NCBI GenBank assembly: GCA_010909165.1
Contig: VJWM01000025.1
Coordinates: 186,001-250,000, forward strand
DNA: 64,000 bases
Origin: Anthoceros angustus
Lineage: Eukaryota; Plantae; Anthocerotophyta
Direction of reading: 5' to 3'
Part shown: piece by piece, positions 1-11,711 of the stretch
Position numbering within the stretch: the first letter of the stretch is position 1
Layout: each line of letters opens with the position of its first letter
The notes under the pieces: generated by a model
Told to the model about the DNA's origin: nothing
Database searches by the model: none
Seen by the model: only the letters and a program-made list of their open reading frames with translations
Program-made: the position numbers and the translations under genes

Positions 1-573
1 GATACCCAAAGAGTGATTATGATTAGTGCTTGATGATACATCCTGAATTCCGTAGTAGCGATACGTCGCGATAGTATAGTACATGCGAAGTTTTGTGAAT
101 TTATATGTATTCTCGCTTAGAGCCACCTATAAAATGCGCATATAATTCATAAATCATGCGAGAATATAATGTGGCTAAGGACATTGTACATGCCACATGG
201 CAAGTTCACACATGTCGGAGAGAGGCATCAAAACCAATGGAAACCCGAAACCTTTAGATTCAAAATAAAAACTCCGAGCTCGCAGCTTCCAAAACGCAGA
301 CGCGGCGAACATGAGGGCAGACACGCCCAACACCACGACGACAAGACCAAGGAAACACCGACAAAACCCGGGTTACCGAGCCACACCGGGCCTTACCCCG
401 CACCTCATAACCGTTATAAGAATTGGTTGTCACAGTCTTCGTGTTACGAGGTTTATTACAGTTCTTAGGTCCGGCAGACCACATGCCTTGTGTAACAAAG
501 TCATTGTTTACGTAACAAGAAGGCAATATTCCGTAATACTGCAGCATAACAAACAACGCTGTTTCTAGTAGTG
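1..573. mobile_element. Right end of a CACTA (EnSpm)-type DNA transposon
   Basis: 561-573 GTTTCTAGTAGTG is the reverse complement of CACTACTAGAAAC, a CACTA-type TIR. Subterminal TGTTAC/TGTAAC-like motifs lie at about 380-540. Retroelement integrase sequence starts abruptly after 573. Confidence 0.65.
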
Positions 574-1816
574 GGAGCGGACGCAGGGGGCGGCCCTCTT
601 ATGCGGAGTTGGAACGGTACCTATGGGAGATGGAACTACCAAACGGACTGAACCGGGTCCAGCGGCAGGCCTTTGTGCACTACGCTCGCCCTTTTCGGCT
701 GTATAATGGTTGCATCTTTAAGGTGGGGCCGGACGGCGTGGAACGAAGGTACCCAACAAAGTGAGACGAGGTGGTAATAAAGGGATGCAAGGGACTAGGT
801 GGTGGACATTATGCAACAGCAGTCACCACCAAGAAAATCTTGAGGTCGATCGGTGGCCCACCATGTATGGGGAAACACACCAATTGTGAAGAAGTGTGAT
901 GCTTGTCATCGGGAAGCCGATTCCACAACAATGGCCGCTAGTGCCCATACTAGCACTAGCGCCTTTTGAGAAGTGGGGCATCGACTTGCTGGACCCATAT
1001 GCCCAACGACAGGCACACACAAAAGCGTACATCTTGGTGGCAACGGACCATCGCACTGTGGGTGGAAGGCGCCAACTAGAACGGACTCGCAAGCACGGTG
1101 GCCAAATTCCTCACGAAACATCATCACAAGGTACGGTGTCCGCTGTACCGGTAAGCGATAGGGGAACCATTTCAATGATGTGATAACCGCAATGACGGAC
1201 TATTTTGGCATCACACATCGAAACGCCCCTACAACCCAAGGCCAACGGATTGACGAGAAGACCAACGGACTTATCTCCGATCCTCAATAAGCTTACGGTT
1301 AACTATGCGCACGATCGATACAAAGCTACCATCGCCGGCGGGCCTTCGTAAGAGAGAAGGTAACTACGCAACAACTCAGACACTTCTATGGGCACTCACC
1401 GTTATGCCGGTAGAGTTTGAGGTGCCAACACTCCGAGTCATGATGGAGAGACGCTTAACGGATGAAGAAAGCCAACTGGAGCGCTTGCTAGGGTTTGTTC
1501 AAAGACACGGAGGGTGGAAGAGGCGCAAATAATGCAATCGGTGTAATCAACGCAATGTGGCATGACAAAGCGCCGGAATCGTGAGTATGTGAAGGAGGGA
1601 GATTTGGCCCTTTACGATGACCATATGCACTTTCCGGCAAACCCACCCACGGTGGATGGGACCTTACCAAGTGGTGTGTATACGCCAAATGGGTCCGCTC
1701 AGCGCTTGGATGGTGAATCGCCACCCGGTGAACGGGTGAAGAAGTATTTATGTGTTGGCGAGACGCCAATGAGAAGGGAGTATGTGGACTGGACTTCCCT
1801 TGGGGTTAAGAAATAA
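574..1816 (+). mobile_element. Ty3/gypsy retrotransposon integrase (frameshifted)
   Basis: GGHY...WPT...CDAC zinc-finger remnants, PLVPILALAPFEKWGIDL, YILVATD, IITRYG..SDRGT core, and a C-terminal KEGDLALYDD..GPY-like segment across several frames. Confidence 0.9.
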
Positions 1817-1899
1817 GTAGGGTTTTGTTTTTCAGGTTGGAATAGTAAAATAAGGCGAAAAGGAGGAATAAGCACGGATGGCGCCCATCGCTCGAGTAT

Positions 1900-4800
1900 A
1901 CTCCCGACCGGAGTGGGCAACGACTGACCACTATGGCGGCACCGACCACGGGTAACGGATAAGTCCGGACCCCACTCCGGTCAAAACAGATAAGTACGCC
2001 AGGAAAGTAACTTAGAAGTTGAGTCGTGAGGATGGACTGGCGGCGCCACGGAGCCCCGAGTGGAGGTGCATGCAGCAGCCAGACTGACCTGCTGTGGGCC
2101 GCAGGCAGTATTCACGCCCGCGACCCGCGCGCGGCGGCGAGCGCAGGCACGCGCGCAGAGCGGAGGCGCAAGGTCGAGTAAGCCATGCATCGTGCTACAG
2201 TGTGGAAGAGGCGCCTTCCCGCCCGCCGTTACTCCCAAGGCGCGTCAAGAGGAAGGTCATCACGCACCGAGACACCGCAGCCTTGCGCCCGCAACCCGCC
2301 TCGGGCGCTATCTCTTTGAGCGCCAAGCATCTTCGAGCGTGCTCACCGTCGGGTTGGAGCAAAACGCGGGCGAGAGGGCGATCGTGCCGACTCCGCCAGC
2401 CTACAAAGAACAAGGGAGAAGAAGGCGATGGCACCCAAAAGCTGGAGGTTTGGGAGCCATGGAACCTAGAGCGCAACATTGTGACCCGCGCATCCGGACT
2501 TTGGGCCCCGGGCCGAGGAAGCGGGGAATTAGTCGAGGAGTGGCACCGGATGTGTTCCAGTTCGACGCTCGGCCATACCGTCCGGAGTTCGCCGAAGATG
2601 TTGGGGCGGCCAACAAGGAGGTTCGGTCCAAGAACCTCCGGAGGACCCGAGGCGATGGACCTTGAGGTCCCGAGGGCGGCCTACAACCGCCCAAAGGAGG
2701 AAGAAGGGGCGTGGTCCGCAGCCCCTCAAGGCGAAGGAAAGATAGGGCGCAACGCGGCGAGCCGAGGCTCGAACGCAGGACAACCAACGGTTGATATCCG
2801 ACCGCCGACAAAGTAAGGGCGGTAGCCGGATCATTGTCCATTGAACTCGCCACCAAGGTGGATCACCTTGGTGATAACTGCTGGTATTCTCGCATGCGCC
2901 AGGCCGGGGAAGAGGGCGGACGGGGAAGGATTATCTTCGCCTGCTCCCAGAGGCCCGAAGGGAGCGAGAAGCCTCGCCACCGGGCCCCCCGATCCATGTA
3001 TGGGGACATTTCGAGCTCAAGGAGGGAGAGCTGAGCGGCGCCCGGAAGGGAGGCCCCGCCGAAGTGGAGCGTGCAAGGGCGCCCGAGGTGGGGGGGCACC
3101 CCAAGGCCAAACGACCCGGAGGAGGACGACCGAGGGATTCCGACCCATACGTCTGAACGGACCCTCACCACCTGTGGAAGTATGGGAGGAATCCCCCCTC
3201 CTCCCCGGTGCCCTCCGAGCACCACGCAGCAGGAGGCGGCCCCGACTCCACCACAACCAGTCACCGAGCTCACGGACCAAGGAACCGAAGAGGCGCAAGA
3301 CCACTACCAACGCAAAGACCTCGTGACGGTGCCTTCTACCCGTGGCAAGAAGTGGCAAGAGGCGGTAAGGAGGGCAAAGGGACGCCGAAGGAGGAGGTCA
3401 CCGGGCAGCAGCACTGAGGGCCCCTGCCTCCGCTGTGAAGAGGCAAAAGGGCTCCCCTGACCCCTCACCTCCTCCGAGCCCCGTGAGAAAGAGGGCAAAG
3501 GAACCGCGCCAAGGGCCAAGGAGGGTGAAGCTCGACTCCAAGACTCGTGACCTAAGGGTCCCGATTAGGTCCGAGAACCACCCGACCCGATCAAGGTATG
3601 GAGGTCCTTGGCGGATCTGAAATGCCCGCCTCCCACTACGGACTTTGTGGGAGCCTCACTCTGGCCGTGGAAGAAACACTGGTCCTGCCACCATGGAGAT
3701 GTTTTGGGGTCTCTCGGATGGCCGAGAAGACCCAGGAGGTAGAAGCCACCCGGAGGCGATGGTGCTCCTCCAGTGAGCAGCTGGAGGGGCCCAGAGGCAA
3801 GGAGGAAGGTCAAGCTCGGCCGATTGAGGAAGGGAAACGCAGGAGGCCGAGAGGGAAGTCCGTCCATCCGACAGATCGACTAAATTCCTTCACCGGGTGA
3901 GCAAAAGCAGGCTGGAGGCCCAAGCACGGAAGACCTCCGCAGCGAGGGAGTAGCGCAGCAGGAGGCAGAGGAGGCCCGGGCGCAAGCGGAGAAGGCTCGT
4001 GGCCTGGCGGAGGCGGCCCGACTGGACCAGCGCCAAATGGGCGAAGCTCAGGTGAAGGCAGCAAGGGAGGCGAGGCCGCTAAGACTGACCGGGATCACTA
4101 TCGGCGTGATCGGAACCGGTGGAGGGAGACGGCAGGGATAGCTGCGGCTAACCTGAAGAAGGAGCAGGAGGCGGCAGAGCAGGTGCGGGCCAGCCATGCC
4201 GAGGAGGAGGAAGCACGCGGCAAGGAGATGGAGGATCTCCTGAGGTGGAACGCGCGTGAGATGGAAGACCGCAAGGAGACTCGAGTCAGCCCAAACTACC
4301 ATTGAGAGGAATGGTAGTCTGGCGTGATCGCGATCACGAACGAGAAATAGAGCTCCACTGCTGGGACGGAGGAAGACGGCGATGGAACAGGAGCAGGACG
4401 CCGCCGAAATGGAGAAGGACTCGGCGAGGCCCGGACGGGCAGAGTTGCCCCACCTGGAGAGGAGATGGCGGAGTTAACGGCCAGAATGAACGGAGGAGCG
4501 AGAGCACTGGACGCAAAAAGAAGCCGTCCGGGCTGAGAAGGCGGAAGGGGAACGCCGCTGGCGGGCGGGTAAGCTAGCAGCCGAGCGAAACGACGGGAGC
4601 CGGAGCAGAGCAGCCGGGCGGCCGCAGGAGGTGACCGAGGCCTTGTAGCCTCGCGACACGCCCCACCACAAAGGTGGAGGTGGTCAACAAGCCGCAAAGA
4701 CGCCTCCGAACAATGGCGGGAGTATCGGGTGCCCGGCACACGTGGAAGAGGCAATTCAAAGAAGTTGATTCGATTTTGCTTACCACGCCGAGCTCCTTAA

Positions 4801-5350
4801 GACATTGGCTCCCCAACGCCTCAAATAGACGGACCTCGGAAGGCTAAGGGATGAAGGGCACGGGACAAAGACGGGACTCTAGTGGCCCCTGCTTGGAGAC
4901 GACGGAGTGGGGAGAAGAGCATCAAGAGGAGGACGCGCCGATACAACGAATCCGGTAAGTCCGCCGCAACCCGCCGGAAGATAGAGGCGGGGCCTTGAAG
5001 GAGGAGGAAGGAGGAGCCAACCGACCCAAGACAAGGGTCGGGAAGGGATGAGGACCCAGTGCAGAGGTCCGGGCAGTAAGGGGTCCCGGAGAGACCGGAC
5101 CGAGGTCCGGACTCGAGGGCAGGGAGGAGTCCCCTTGACTTACCGCTGGGGAGCAGAGGTGGTCTCACCGGAGGGGACCCATGGGGAACCAGGGGAAACG
5201 ACGACTGTGGTAACGGCGGCCGCCGATCGCCGCCAGCCCAACCTCGGCTGTGATTCCGGAAGAGGAAGGGGTCTCACCGCGGATCATCCGATTGCGCGCC
5301 AGAATCGTGCCGGAGATTGGGCCACCAATCCCAGGCGGAACCCGGGACCT
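1900..5350 (+). mobile_element. GC-rich 3' internal region of the gypsy element with a degenerate extra ORF (charged, coiled-coil-like)
   Basis: Continuous GC-rich, purine-skewed sequence downstream of integrase with long overlapping open frames (2094-2816, 2841-3326) and E/K/R/A-rich stretches at 3900-4300 and 4500-4950. No recognisable domain. Confidence 0.45.
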
Positions 5351-5356
5351 TCCTAG

Positions 5357-8300
5357 CCCTACTAGAAATGGCAGCCCATGAAGGGCCATTGTTGCAATTT
5401 TATGTTACACTTTCAAATTGCAACAAGCTATGTAGGCTTGGTATTAAGTTTGACACTATTCCCTTCTCATTTTGTCACCATCTTAACACGAACTGACTCT
5501 CCTCATCACCTCACCCTCCTAAGTACACCTCTCTCTCTCACAAGCATTGTTTATGATTTCAAACATATACTATGCAAACTATGTTATGAGTCCTTTGTTA
5601 CAATTTCATGTAACACTTTCCATTTGGAACACTCATTAAGTTAGTTGGCTTGGTGTTAAGTTTGTGATACTCTTCTCCACCTTCTCTCACCATCTTAACA
5701 ACATGCAAGTGGTCTTGACCTTACACCTCACCATTAAGAGCTTAGCATTAAGTTTGTTGGCTTGGTGTTAAGTTTGTGATTTTCTTCTCACCTTCTCTCA
5801 CCATCTTAACAACTCGCCTTTGGTCTCTCCTTTCACCTCACACTCCTAGTTAATGCTCCAAAGTATGACACCCATTTTATAATTTTTCCCTCTTTGTGTT
5901 GCAACATGTGTTCCCCTCTCACGCTATTATTTTATTCTTCCCTCTTGCTTTTCCTACATGATGAGAACCAGAACTCTATCTCTCCCTGTGGTTGTCATTC
6001 TCTTTCCATTTTGCCTCCTTTGCATAGCTATGCATTTATAATCTACCTTCCTCTTCAATGCACCCTTGTGTCCACATCCGGTTTTGTTTTTAAGCTCCAC
6101 ATACACAATTGAAAACTCTTGTTTTACGATTATGTATAGTAGGATTCTAGATTATTTATATGTCTATCTATATATGGTTTGCAGCCCACTTGTTGTGTAT
6201 ATTCCTATATATATATTGAAATACGTATTTATGTATATATATATATGTATTTATACTTGTATATACTTGTAACCTAAACATAATATTATTTACCTATGTC
6301 TAAGTTCGTGCGAGGCTCACTCTACGACGGAGGCGGGAGAGGAGGAGGAGGAGAGGAGGAGGAAGAGGAGAGGGAGGAGGAAAAGGGGAGAGGGGAGAGG
6401 TAGAGGAGGAGGAGGAGGAGGAGGAGGCGAGAGGAAGGAGGAGGAGGGGGAAAGCGAAAGGACAGAGGGGAGATTATAAGGAGGAGGAGGGAAGATGGAA
6501 AGAAGAGGAGCAAGAGGAGGGGAGAAGGAGGAAGAGGAGGGGAGATGGAGGAGGAGGGGAGAGGAAAGGAAGAGGAGGAGGCCCGTTCCATGTGATTTCC
6601 GCCTCAAATTTTCGATAACTAGTGTGACACTGACGTTGGTGAAGGGATGGTGGCGGGATCACGGTACAGCCAAAAGCGATCTTGTACTTGCAGAGCATTG
6701 CAAGGTCGCCAAGACTTGTTCCAATCGTGATTTCCTCTCAAATTTTCAGTCAGCTAACTAGCTAGTGTGATTTGATGTTAGACAAGGAGGCAAGGAGGAA
6801 AAGGGGAGAGGGATCGAGGTAGAGGAGGAGGAGGAGGAGGAGGAGGAGGAGGAGGAGGAGGGAGGCGAGAGGGAAGGAGGAGGAGGAAAGCGAAGGATGA
6901 GGGGAGATTATAAGGAGGAGGAGGAAGATGGAAAAGAAGAGGAGCAAGAGGAGGGGAGAGGGGAAGAGGAGGGGGAGATGGGAAGGAGGAGGAGGGGAGA
7001 GGAAAGGAAGAGGAGGCCCGTTCCATGCCGTGATTTCCGTCAAATTTTCAGCCGATGCGTAACGGGTGACACACGTTGGTGAAGGGATGGTGGCGGGCGG
7101 GATCACGTGTACAGCAGAGATCTTGTGCTTGCAGAGCATTGCAAGGTCAGGCCAAGACTTGTTCCAATCGCGTGATTTCCTCAAATTTTCAGCAGAACTA
7201 GCTAGTGTGATTTGATGTTAGACAAGGCAAAAGGAGGAAAAGGGGAGAGGGATCCGAGGTAGAGGAGGAGGAGGAGGAGGAGGAGGAGGAGGAGGAGAGG
7301 AGGAGAGGGAAGGAGGAGGAGGGGAAAGCGAAAGGACAGGAGGGGAGATTATAAGGAGGAGGAGGAAGATGGAAAAGAAGAGGAGCAAGAGGAGGGGAGA
7401 GGGAGGAAGAGGAGGGGAGATGGGAAGGAGGAGGAGGGGAGAGGGAAAGGAAGAGGAGGAGGCCCGCTCCATGCCGTGATTTCCGCCTCAAATTTTCACC
7501 GATGCGAACCAGTGACACGACGCTGGTGAAGGGATGGGTGGCGGGATCACGCAACACCGCAAGCATCTTGTACTTGCGAGCATTGCAAGGTCGTGCCAAG
7601 ACTTGTTCCAATCGTGATTTCCTCTCAAATTTTCATCAATTAACTAGCTAGTGTGATTTGATGTTAGACAAGGCGATAGGCAAGGAGGAAAAGGGGAGAG
7701 GGATCCGAGGTAGAGGAGGAGGAGGAGGAGGAGGAGGAGGAGAGAGGAGGAGAGGGAAGGAGGAGGAGGGAAAGGAAGGAGGACAGGAGAGGGGAGAGGA
7801 GAGGGGAGATTATAAGGAGGAGGAGGAAGATGGAAAAGAAGAGGAGCAAGAGGAGGGGAGAGGGGAGGAAGAGGAGGGGAGATGGGAAGGAGGAGGAGGG
7901 GAGAGGAGGAAGAGGGAGGGCCCATGCCGTGATTTCAAAGATGCTCGCCGTGATTTCCGTCTCAAATTTTCACGATGCGTAACCAGTGACACGACATTGG
8001 TGAAGGGATGGTGGGGGATCACACAAGCGATCTTGTACTTGCAGAGGCAAGGTCGTGCCAAGACTGCTCCAATCGTGATTTCCTCAAATTTTCAATTGAT
8101 GCGTAACTAGCTAGTGTGATTTGATGTTAGAAGCGATAGTAGCATGGCGGGGTGTCTCGTACATGTACAATCGCAAGTAGTTGCAAGGTCGTGCCAAGAC
8201 CCATTCCATGTCGTTATTTCCTATCTCAAATTTTCAGATGCGTAACTGCACTATGATGTGAAGTTAGGAAGGCGATGGAAGAATGGGGTCTCATGTACAT

Positions 8301-9340
8301 GTATAGTCGCAAGGTGAGGCCAAGACCCATTCCATGTGATTTCCTACCTCAAAATTTTATTTGATGCGTAACAGACCGTGATGTGACATTAGAGAAGGCG
8401 ATGTAGGTGGTCTTGGGTGAATAGGGAGTGACAAGGCCGGTGCACGGTAGGAGGGACGTGTTTGGAGGGCTGATCCGGTGTCAGAAAGCACAAAGAAGGG
8501 CGAGTGTACCGTCACCAGCAATGCATGTGTGAGTGTGGACAAAGGAAAACAACGCAAGGGAGTGGAAGAGGGGTGGCGTGAGGGAGGATAGGAGTGGAGC
8601 AACCAACAGCCATGGTCAAGGCAAGGGCAAAAAGGCGGAATGATATGAGGCGGTTGTCTAGGGGAGAGAGAAGGAGGAGGACTTGAGCCAAACAACCCCA
8701 TGCCGCAAGATAGCAAACATGGGTCCGCGTAGCACAAACTCAGAGGCAAAAAGGCACCGAGTGCTCAAGGACAAACCGGTAAACGATCGTGGAGTACAAA
8801 GTATGTACGTTATCCGTGTGACGATATGCTTATTTTATACAAAATAGAATATGACCGTATATCACGTGAAATTACCATAGTATATGTCACCATGAATAAT
8901 ATGTATTTAAGAATGTATTCATACGTATTTATGTATTTATGTATGTATGAATACATGTATTTATGTATGTGTATTCATACAGTATCGGGAACTACTAAGT
9001 AAAACTAGGTATTCCATAGGGTAATAGTAGTAAAAGGAGGAAGGTAGATGGGAGGAGGTTTGGTACCAAGCCTCCAAAAGTGTTACAAGACTTTTCTTGT
9101 AACACTTTATATGTTGCAATCTTGTTGCAATCTTGAGAGAGGACAAAAGCACCTCTCACTTCATCTCAACATAATTGCAACACCATTGCAACATGGTTGC
9201 AACAAACTCCGTTTGGTTTCCAAGCCAAAGTGTAACAAGAGGCCCAGTGTTACATGACCCCAAAATTGCAACATAAGTGTTACATCCAGGGTCCAAATCT
9301 TAACATAAAAGTGTAACATGGGCTGCCATTTCTAGTAGGG
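5357..9340. mobile_element. Non-autonomous TIR DNA transposon with CCCTA termini (CACTA-like), copy 1
   Basis: Perfect 24-bp inverted repeats CCCTACTAGAAATGGCAGCCCATG (5357-5380) and CATGGGCTGCCATTTCTAGTAGGG (9317-9340). Subterminal TGTTACA/TTGCAAC repeats at both ends. No coding capacity. TSD not clean (TAG/CAG). Confidence 0.8.
6320..8350. repeat. Tandem array of ~440-bp units containing long (GAG/GGA)n polypurine tracts
   Basis: Unit anchor TAACTAGCTAGTGTGATTTGATGTTAGA at about 6756, 7196, 7641 and 8104. Each unit has a GA-rich block with GGAGATTATAAGGAGGAG and a conserved CAAGACTTGTTCCAATCGTGATTTCC..CAAATTTTCA end. Shorter GA-less derivatives follow. Confidence 0.9.
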
Positions 9341-9424
9341 CAGCCCCACCGCCGACGAAGGAGATAGGAGGGGAGGAATAGGATGGTAGGCGGCCGATTA
9401 GGGCGTAGTGAGCTGGCCACGGCC

Positions 9425-10225
9425 TGTAATAAAGGCGCCGACCTCCGGGCGTAGTATAAGATAAGAGGGCCGAGGCCTAAGTAAAGTATCTTCTCTTGGT
9501 GTTGATGCGTTCTTGCACCCTTGCGTCTTCTTGCTAACGAGTCCCGAGTCATCGTAACTAACCCCGGGAGGCCGATCAGGTTACGTGAGACCCTAACGTG
9601 TTGTGGTGTGTGTGGAAGGGTGACTGGGACCGGCTCGCCCATAGCCGCCCGCTAACGGACCGAATGTGAGCCGGAGGACTCGGGAGGGCGAGAGCCCGGA
9701 CCGGAAGGCCGCGAACGACGGAGGAGGTCCGTGTAGCCCAGCTTTTCCCTAAGGCCGATAAGTGTAGTGTGAGTGGAGAGAGGAGCGGACTAGAGGTGCG
9801 AGTAGAACGTGAACGCACGGACGCAACGGGTCCCTAAACGCGTTTGGCCACACCGGCCCGTCAGGAACGTTGCGAGTAGTTAGATGCAACGATGAATGCG
9901 TTAAGCGAACGGACGCAAAGTGAAGTAAGAATCGAAATGGGCGCGAACGGAGCTATCATCCCTTGGAACGGACTCCTTCCAACGACACGGATCAGGCGCG
10001 CTTACCGGCCTTCGAAGTCGCTACCACGGTGTGTGTAAAGCCATAACTCTCGAGACCTCGCCGGAAGTGGTGACAACCGGGGCGCAGCGCCCGTGGTGGG
10101 TGCCGGCTGGTTGAATCAACCGCGGTGGTGAACGCACTCGCGGTGGTTGGGATCTCCACGGTGCTTTACGTAGGGTAAGATCGGGTTGTGGTAGGTCTAG
10201 GACCGTAGTTTAGAACATCTTGACA
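9425..10225 (+). mobile_element. Probable 3' LTR of the gypsy element, copy 1
   Basis: Starts TGTAAT and ends TTGACA, with a TATAAG box at about 9455. In the duplicate copy it is directly preceded by a purine run (AATAGGGG|TGTAAT). The partner 5' LTR is not in the window. Confidence 0.55.
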
Positions 10226-11711
10226 CAAAACCATTCCCTTGGGATCGAATCCTAGGACTATAACGACATAGAGGGTAATGTGGCCTCTTTGCGCCTTTGG
10301 GACGCAGAAACCCCATTCCACAGCAGCCACATACCAAATTCCGACAGGCTAATGGCTACAAAGACTCTCTCTGGCCAACAGCTGGTGTAGAGTGCCACCC
10401 TACCATGGCCAGCTGTTGTCGCGCAGGGTACAGAAGGTATCAACCATGCTGTATGAAACCGACGCTCTTATGTTTGGTTTTAAGTAGGCAGCCACATACC
10501 AAATTCCGACAGGCTATTGGCTACAAAGACTCTCTTATGAGATATTTTGTCCGAGTTTCTAATGCCTTGCACAATTCTCGGTGACATCTTTTGTGAGAGG
10601 TGTCCCAAGGGTCCCAAAGCATCAATGTCCCAAACTTTTCACAACTTCTTAGGTTCTAAAATTAGCAACATTCACAAAGACAACATTTAGTTTAAAATGG
10701 CCACGTGACGAATATATGTGGATCATACCATATACTCTAGATAAATACAATAGATAAAACCATAGAATAAAGAAACACACGGCATAAAATATAAAAGTTC
10801 TCCTGGACATTTTAGAATTCTAGCCATTATTACAAAGGACTTGCGCAATAAGAAGCCTTGCATGAGAGGCGTGCGGCCCTGGATCTAGTTTAGTAAGTTG
10901 TAAGTAGTGGTGGTAAGGCTTAGCTTAGGAACATCATAAATTTGAAGGGGGGAATATGCTCGATGGGGTTTTTGTGAATAACTGAAGAGGGTTGGTGATG
11001 GGTCTAAAAGATGTGGGTTCAGCTATTGTGGAAACTAAAGCGAAAAAAAAGGGTCCGCCTCTGATCATACGAGTTTTCCGTTGGTATATATGACTGCCGA
11101 AGGGTGACCCAATTCCCTACACCGCTTTGTTTCGCCAAAACAATACCCACAATGCACACCTTTTGCCGGTCAGCAATACACACATTCGCGATTCCAACGC
11201 CACTATGGAAGGGTCATGAAATCATGACAGTGTTCAATCCATAAAACAAAATTGTGGGGAAGAAAATTTCGCTTGCTCGGTTTAATGTGTGATCCTTCTA
11301 TTATTAGACAGGTGAGGCAGGAGGCGGCGCTGGCGGCGCCTCCCCGGCCTCGCAGTGTAGAGGGGCACATGCAACATGTTTGCTATCCACTTGGGCACCG
11401 CCTCGGAGAATGAAGTGGAACATGTGGTACGGCGTGGCATGTTGCGAGGGGCGCGCGCTGCCGCCCTCGCCCGGACTGTGAAGAAGGAGGAGTCCCCTTC
11501 ACTTACGCTGGGGAGCGGTGGCCCCTACCTGACGGGACCCGTGCCGGGGAACGACGTAGGTACCCGCTGCCGACCGCCGCCGTAGCCCAACCTCGGCTGT
11601 GATTCCGGAAGAGGAAGGGGTCTCGCCGCGATCATCCGATTAGCGCCCAGAACCTGGCCGGGAGATTGGGGCCACCAATCCCGAGGCGAACCCGGGACCT
11701 TCCCAAAATTT

